From: Octopus vulgaris
Taxonomy: Eukaryota
Length of the DNA stretch: 64,000 nucleotides
Direction of reading: 5' to 3'
Assembly (NCBI GenBank): GCA_951406725.2
Contig: OX597840.1
Coordinates: forward strand, 930,001 to 994,000
Both the position numbers and the translations under genes were made by a program. The notes beneath the pieces are model-generated. The model ran no database searches. It had not been told where the DNA came from and saw only the letters and a program-made list of their open reading frames with translations. Of this stretch, positions 56,566 through 64,000 are shown one piece after another. How positions within the stretch are numbered: the stretch's first letter is position 1; the number at the start of each line of letters is the position of its first letter.

Positions 56566-57004
56566 ATATATCTAACCGTTTTAAATTTAGCGCTTCCTCA
56601 TCAACGGTCTCCTATTCTCATTAATTATTACGATATTACGAAGCAAGGCATCTCTTTACGCCTGAGTAGTTGGTAGATACCTATGAAGAGAAACAAGACA
56701 TTGGTTAAATTTCGAAATAAAGCTTTGCTAAACTGTTTCTTTTTGTGAGTTCATCTCACATGGCAAAAATCGTTTAAGTTTGCTGTGCCCGTGTCACGTA
56801 TGTATGTATGTGTGTATGTATGTATGGTTAGTGTCTTTTGTGAGATTCAGAATTAAATTTGACTTTTATCTTTAGCAAATGCTATTTTGCACCTTTTATT
56901 TATTAATTCCTGTTTGGTTTTTAATTGCTGGCGAGCCAATTATTCTATCAAAGTTTTTAATATATATTAATATATTAATATATCATATTGTACCTTTTTA
57001 TATA

Positions 57005-57335
<331 letters not shown>

Positions 57336-57904
57336 ATATATATACTTAAAATAGCCTCATTAAGACATAGAAATATTCCTTAATTTTCTTTTGAATATAT
57401 GTATATATATATATATTTATAAGTTTATATATATATATATATACACATATATGTACATGTATATATATATGTATATATGTATACACATATCTATTTATCT
57501 ATTTACATATGTATATATGTGTGTGTGTGTGTGTGTATTTGCATGTATATAATTTTATAGTTGGCGAATATATAATTATATGTATAATTATAATTGTATA
57601 GATACACACATACATACATCTACGTTTGTGTATGCGTGTGTGCACGCGCCCATGTTTGTGTGTGTATGCAAATACGTATATTACTTCCCAATTCAGACAC
57701 CAGTAAATCACCAAATTTATTCAAAAGCCTAACCTCGCCAATTTTATCTCAGTTGGCTGCAACAACACGTATTACCTTCTGTGACTTTTGACCTCGTCTC
57801 TTTTATTCACCAATTACATTTCAACTCAATGAAAAGTCAATACTTTGTTTGCTATCTTATCAATTCGCCAGACACACACAATCGGGAATGAATACATGGA
57901 TAGT

Positions 57905-58440
57905 ATAGGTATGTATGTGTGTGTGTATGTATGTATGTATGTAAGTATGTATGTTTGTATGTGTGTATGTATGTATGTTTTTATGTATGTATGTGTGTGT
58001 GTAGGTATGTAAGTATGTATGTATGTGCGTGTGTGTATGTATGTATGTATGTGTGTATGTATGTATGTATGTGTGTGTAGGTATGTATGTATGTGTGCGT
58101 GTATGTATGTAAGTATGTATGTATGTGTGTGTATGTATGTATGTATGTTTGTTTGAGTGTGTATGTATGTATGTTTGTATGTATGTATGTATGTGTGTGT
58201 GTATGTGTGTCTGTATGTGTGTGTATGTATGTATGTTTGTATGTATGTATGTATGTATGCATGCATGTATGTATGTATGTGTCTATGTATGTATGATCGT
58301 ATGTGTGTGTGTATGTATGTATGTATGTCTGTCTGTTTGTATGTATGTATGTGTGTATGTATGTATGCATGTGTATGTATGTTTGTTTGCATGTATGTAT
58401 GTATATATGTACGTGTGTGTGCGTGTGTGTGTATATATAT
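57905..58440. repeat. Degenerate (TATG)n/(TG)n tract
   Basis: Directly visible. Confidence 0.97.
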
Positions 58441-59190
58441 GTCATCAAGTTTTATTTCAAGATTTCTTGCCAATAGCGAAAGAGCAATTTCTAACCTAGA
58501 TCCAAGGCTCCTTTATTGTAATTTTAACAACATCAATAGGGTATTTTAGTATGTATGCATGTATATTTGTATGCATGTACGTATATGTTCAGGTTTGTAT
58601 GTTTTGATTTATGTATGTATTCTCATGAATATAGCTGCCTATTTAGACAGGCTCATGTAAACTTATATGATACACTTCTGGAAAGTTTTACAGATTTTTA
58701 CAGTTCCTGTGAGGGATTGGATTTCAATCCCCGAATCAGCTTTCTCGTTTCTTGTTTTGAGAAACTCAATTACTCAAGATTGGTTTATTGCAGTCTGTTA
58801 CATATCCCAGTACACCAATAATAACAGTTACGATCCTGAACTTGAAGTCTGGATAGAGTAACTGCTGATTTCTCAATAGTTCAGCGTTGGTGTTCTATTT
58901 TTTGCTGAAGTTTAGCTGTCTGTAAATATCCACTGGGCAGTTGATTTCCACAACTGTACACTTTCTCTTCTCTACTCCAAATCATTATATCAGGTCTGTT
59001 GTACTTATATTTTTTGAAGTCTTCACTGGAACATTCAACAATAATCCTTTCTATAATGAGAAGAACTGGCTTCTACCATACTTCTTTGTCCTTCTACCAT
59101 ATTTCTTTGTCCTCGCTGTTATCCTTCCGATGGATCTCATTATACAGAGTCCTAGGTACAACATCATGTCTCATTGATAGAAAAATCGTG
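58441..59190 (-). mobile_element. 3' portion of a second RLE-type (R4/NeSL-like) non-LTR retrotransposon family
   Basis: Minus strand MRHDVVPRTLYNEI, NVPVKTS, YNRPDIMIW, TVVEINCP, LLYPDFKFRIVTVIIGVLG; putative 3' UTR with AATAAA running into (CATA)n. Confidence 0.8.
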
Positions 59191-59229
59191 ATGACATTTT
59201 CGGACATATATATAGAGATAGATAGATAA

Positions 59230-59478
59230 AATGCACCCTTTTAAATCCTAGCCAGGCTCATGGGCCCAGTTTCCCGCTTTCAGTGGCATGTGTGTTCCCC
59301 AGCTGGACGGAAAGCCAGTCCATCGCAGCGTTACTCATTTTTGCCAGCTGAGTGGACTGGAGCAACGTGAAATGAAGTGTTTTGCTCAAGAACACAACGC
59401 GTTGCCCGGTCCAGGAGTCGAAACCACAATCTTACAGTCATGATGCTGACACCCTAACCACTAAGCCACGCGCCTCCA
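59230..59478 (-). mobile_element. tRNA-headed CORE-like SINE with a family-B-like head and a different 3' tail
   Basis: Minus strand GTGGAGGCGCGTGGCTTAGTGGTTAGG...GTTGTGTTCTTGAGCAAAACACTT...GCGATGGACTGG...CCCATGAGCCTGGCTAGG. Confidence 0.85.
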
Positions 59479-59929
59479 CACACACACATACACACACCCA
59501 CACACATATATATATATATGTGTGTGTGTGTGTACATATATAAGTATGTATGCATATATGTATGTATCTCTCTTTTCTTGTTTTTTTTTAAATGTTTTCT
59601 CATAATCCAGCGTCCTAGTTTACAAACAGGTTTACCGGTATGCATCGAACACTAAAAAATTGCTTGGATATACATGTTTTATTATATAAATCTCGTAAAT
59701 TGTATCGCTACCGCATGAAGCTATTAATATTTTTTTTTGAAATGCTTATATTAAATCATATGAATGCGTGTACACACACATAGACACACACACACGCATG
59801 TAGTTATGTATTGTTTCATGAAATTGTGCATGGCACATTCGACAGCGTGAGGAACAATAAGCAAATTACTGTAGCAGGAGGTTATCAACCTCTTAATATA
59901 TACATATATGAATTTTGTTTTATATTCGA

Positions 59930-60222
59930 CTAGCAGTATCGCCCGGCGTTGCTCGGGTTTGTAAGGGAAATAACTATAAAGCATTTTTAGAGAGTTATAG
60001 CCAAAAAGTAGCAAACAAATGCATTAAAAATGGAAAAAAAATGATGGTGAATTTTTTTAAAAATCGTTGACTCATCGTAGACGCGCGCTAATACCCAGAA
60101 AGGCTCGATATGAATCACGACTATAAGATACCCGGTTTGGGTTAAACTGCACCGCAAAATGTGGGAGTAGTTAGGAATCTAAATCGTAGGAGACAGGCAC
60201 ACTTCACTTTTATATATAAAGA
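59930..60222 (-). mobile_element. Non-autonomous Helitron, shorter variant
   Basis: Reverse complement of 29485-29866 with the same TC...hairpin-CTAG ends, lacking an internal segment. Confidence 0.88.
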
Positions 60223-60556
60223 TATACACTGCTTTCGAGATTAGTTCCTGATTCTCTAAAGCAGGCTGTAGCCATAGTCCCCGATTTATTTCTAATTAAT
60301 CTTAGAGCAGGCAGGGTATTAATATTTCATTTACAAGAGTTAAATTGTACTTTTTGGTATCTGTAATTCCTACACACGTAAATACTCATGTATACGGGCA
60401 GCACGAATTACACATTCACACCAACACATACATACATACATACATGCATGGCTACATACATGCATACATACACAGTTACATATATATATATATGTATCTA
60501 TATAAATCTATATACATGGATATATATATATATATGTGTGTATATATATATATTTA

Positions 60557-60605
<49 letters not shown>

Positions 60606-60750
60606 TGTGTGTGTGTGTGTGTGTGTGTACGTATGTATATATGCATACGTTTCGTTTGTGTTTCAGTTATGGAGATTACAATGGAAGATTACAAATATCT
60701 AACTCTTTCTCTATCTATCTTGTCTCTTTATAGGTACATATATACGTAGG

Positions 60751-60855
<105 letters not shown>

Positions 60856-60874
60856 GTATATGTATACATATATG

Positions 60875-60954
<80 letters not shown>

Positions 60955-61113
60955 TCTGTCTCTGTGCTTGCATAACATGTGATATTCATGTTTTCAATGC
61001 CGTAGATACCACAGAGATGAAAATTTTGATAAATTTTCCATCTATATTCATTATAAGGAATTTTTTTATTCTTTAGCATTTATACATACCTACATATATT
61101 TTAATATATATGC

Positions 61114-61150
<37 letters not shown>

Positions 61151-61561
61151 CTAATTTATACATATACGCATACACATACATGCACATCCGTCCACCCACT
61201 CACACAAACACACATGCACATACATACATACATGTTCATATGTTATTTATACTGTAATTCCGAGTAAAAAAAAGCAGATGCGATGGAATAATGTATGGAA
61301 ATTTTTTTTTGCAGATCACCAACAACAGATATTAGCGATAGAAAAAAAAGAATGAAACTATACACGAATATATACTTACATACAGACATGCATGCACATA
61401 CAAACCCACATGTACAGGAACGCATATATGCACACACAGACATACATACACACGCGTATGCATGCACGGACCACCCACAACACATGTATGTATATGTACA
61501 GACTTCTACGTATTTATCTCTCAAATTCTCTAAATATATCTCCTCACACAGAAACATAGAT

Positions 61562-61644
<83 letters not shown>

Positions 61645-61938
61645 CATATATGTAATTATGGACACACAGACACACAATTTCTCATATACTATATTGGCAC
61701 ACATAAGTGCATATGCTCACATGTCCATCAGCACGCAAACGAAAAAAATATATATTGATTGAAGAAAAAAAATATTCCCAGAATATTTTATGATGCATTT
61801 AAATTATCAACTTTCATCTTGATTGCTAGTAACCCCTGCACCTTCCCTGCACTTAGCGGAAATCTTTCGGTTCGATCTGTGTCTAGAGACATGGTTGAGG
61901 GCTTTTCTACACTGACTATGTTCAACAGACATACATGC

Positions 61939-62106
<168 letters not shown>

Positions 62107-62329
62107 TATATATATAAAGAGAAAAAGTAGAATGAACGGGAAGGGAGAGATTAGCAGAGATATATCCGTCATAAAAAATAGTGCGTCAGTGCTTTTGTTG
62201 TGTTTGTTGTGGTTGTTGTTGGGAAGCAGTTTTTTGTCCCTGGTGTTGTTGATGTTGTTGTTATCGAGCCTGTTATCGTTTAGCCCTCGGCATGTTAAGC
62301 ACCATTGTGAACTTTTTCAATGATAGACA

Positions 62330-62512
62330 TGGAAAGAGTTATCACACGGTTCTAAGTTCAGTCGCCTTGCGTGGCACCTTGCGCGGCACCTTGCGCAAGT
62401 GCCTTCTACTATAGCCACGGGCCTATTAAAATCCTTGTGAGTGGATTGGGTAGAAAGCAGCCGGTAGTATATATACATACACACACACGCGCTCGTGCAC
62501 ACACACTCACAC

Positions 62513-62558
<46 letters not shown>

Positions 62559-62768
62559 GCATGTATCTATGTGTGTGTGTGTGTTTGTCTCACCGCTTGA
62601 CAACCGGTTTTATTGCGTTGCCGTCCCCGTAGACTAGCGGTTCGGCAACAGATACCGATAGAATAAGTACCACGCTTCAAAAATAAGTTGTGGAGTCGAT
62701 TTGATCGTCTAAAACCCATCAAGGTGGTGCTCCAGCATGGCCACAGTCAAATGACTGAAACTATAAGG

Positions 62769-62770
<2 letters not shown>
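62330..62770 (+). mobile_element. SINE family C, diverged
   Basis: Duplicated GCG.GGCACCTTG, internal (CA)n, tail GGTGGTGCTCCAGCATGGCCACAGTCAAATGACTGAAAC. Confidence 0.85.
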
Positions 62771-62832
<62 letters not shown>

Positions 62833-62836
<4 letters not shown>

Positions 62837-63135
62837 GAGGCGCAATGGCCCATTGGTTAGGGCAGCGGACTCGCAGTCGTAGGATCGCGGTTTTGATTCC
62901 CAGACCGGGAATTGTGAGTGTTTATTGAGCGAAAACACCTAAAGCTCCAAGAAGCTCTGGCAGGGGGGGGGGCATCCCTGCTGTACTCTTTCGCCACAAC
63001 TTTCTCTCACTCTTACTTCTGTTGGCCTGCTCGCTTAGCCAGCGAGGTGGCATCATTCGAAGGCTAAAACAATGTGAAGCGTATTATGACCAGCGATGTG
63101 AAACAACATCTGGTAGCCTGGTCGGTCACGGTTTC
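62833..63135 (+). mobile_element. SINE family B variant with an alternative 3' module
   Basis: Matches 10706- up to CTCTTACTTCTG, then diverges into TTGGCCTGCTCGCTTAGCCAGCG...CTGGTCGGTCACG. Confidence 0.85.
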
Positions 63136-63189
63136 CTTGATATATATATACATACACACACTCTCACACATACACATATATATATGTAC

Positions 63190-63400
63190 GTGTGTGTCTT
63201 TGTGTCTGGTTATTCTCCACACTTCACAAGCGGCGTTGGTGTGTTGACGTCCACGTAACATAGCGGTTCGGCCAAAGAGACCAATAGAATTAGTACCAGT
63301 CTTAAAAAAACAAGTCATGGGAGTAAACCCTTCAAGGCAGTGCCGCAGCATGGGCAAACACAAATGACCGAAACAGTAAAAGATAAGATAAAATAAATAA
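63190..63400 (+). mobile_element. SINE family C, diverged 3' half
   Basis: CGTAACATAGCGGTTCGGC, TAGAATTAGTACC, AAGGCAGTGCCGCAGCATGG. Confidence 0.75.
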
Positions 63401-63699
63401 GTAGATTATCCTATGCTGATTGGTCTGTTATTCTTGATATTTAGCTTGTGTTGTTGCTCTTGTTATTGCTGTCGTCATTGTACAGCTTGACGCCTTCATT
63501 TGTTCATACCCTACGAAGATGCGAAGAAATGGCGGATATACTACATTAATATAAATGAGAATAGTTTTCATTATTATATATAATATAAATGTAAATTCAG
63601 CGCTAAAATGGCGGGGAAGTTTCAGCATATGTATGTATGTATATTATGTGTGTGCATACATATATAAATATGTATTGTGTGTGTATATACATACACACT

Positions 63700-63771
<72 letters not shown>

Positions 63772-63772
<1 letters not shown>

Positions 63773-64000
63773 ACTCTTTTACTCTTTTACTTGTTTCAGT
63801 CGTTGGACTGCGGCTATGCTGGAGCACCGCCTTTATTCCAGCAAATCGACCTCAGGACTTATTCTTTGTAAGCCTAGTACTTATTCTATCGGGGTCTTTT
63901 GTCGAAGCGCTAAGTTACGGGGACGTAAACAAGCCAGCATCGGTTGTCAAGCGATTTTAGAGGGACAAACACAGACACACAAACACACATACACACTCAT
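63772..64000 (-). mobile_element. SINE family C, 3' half (runs off the window)
   Basis: CTCTTTTACTCTTTTACTTGTTTCAGTC...GCTGGAGCACCGCC...AAGTTACGGGGACGTAAAC. Confidence 0.88.

Overview
This is a very AT-rich, microsatellite-saturated eukaryotic non-coding window. The SINE families and repeat density suggest a cephalopod, probably Octopus (inference, not database-confirmed). I find no intact host gene. Nearly all listed ORFs are translations of (TA)n, (CA)n, (CTAT)n or (ATT)n tracts. The window is a mosaic of: three tRNA-headed SINE families (here A, B, C), one of which forms head-less ~183-bp concatemers inside a single TSD; fragments of R4/Dong-type RLE retrotransposons next to microsatellites; a CR1/L2-type LINE 3' end; Tc1/mariner relics; a hAT MITE; two non-autonomous Helitrons; and a diverged ~210-bp tandem array. 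The most notable signal is about a dozen minimal type-I hammerhead-ribozyme-like motifs (CUGAnGA...GAAA, palindromic or near-palindromic stem III, NUH). They lie in short islands between (TA)n tracts, some as fold-back inverted copies, and several share the same non-canonical core changes. They resemble pseudo-LTR remnants of Penelope-like elements. All coordinates and pairings were read by eye and may be off by a few bases.
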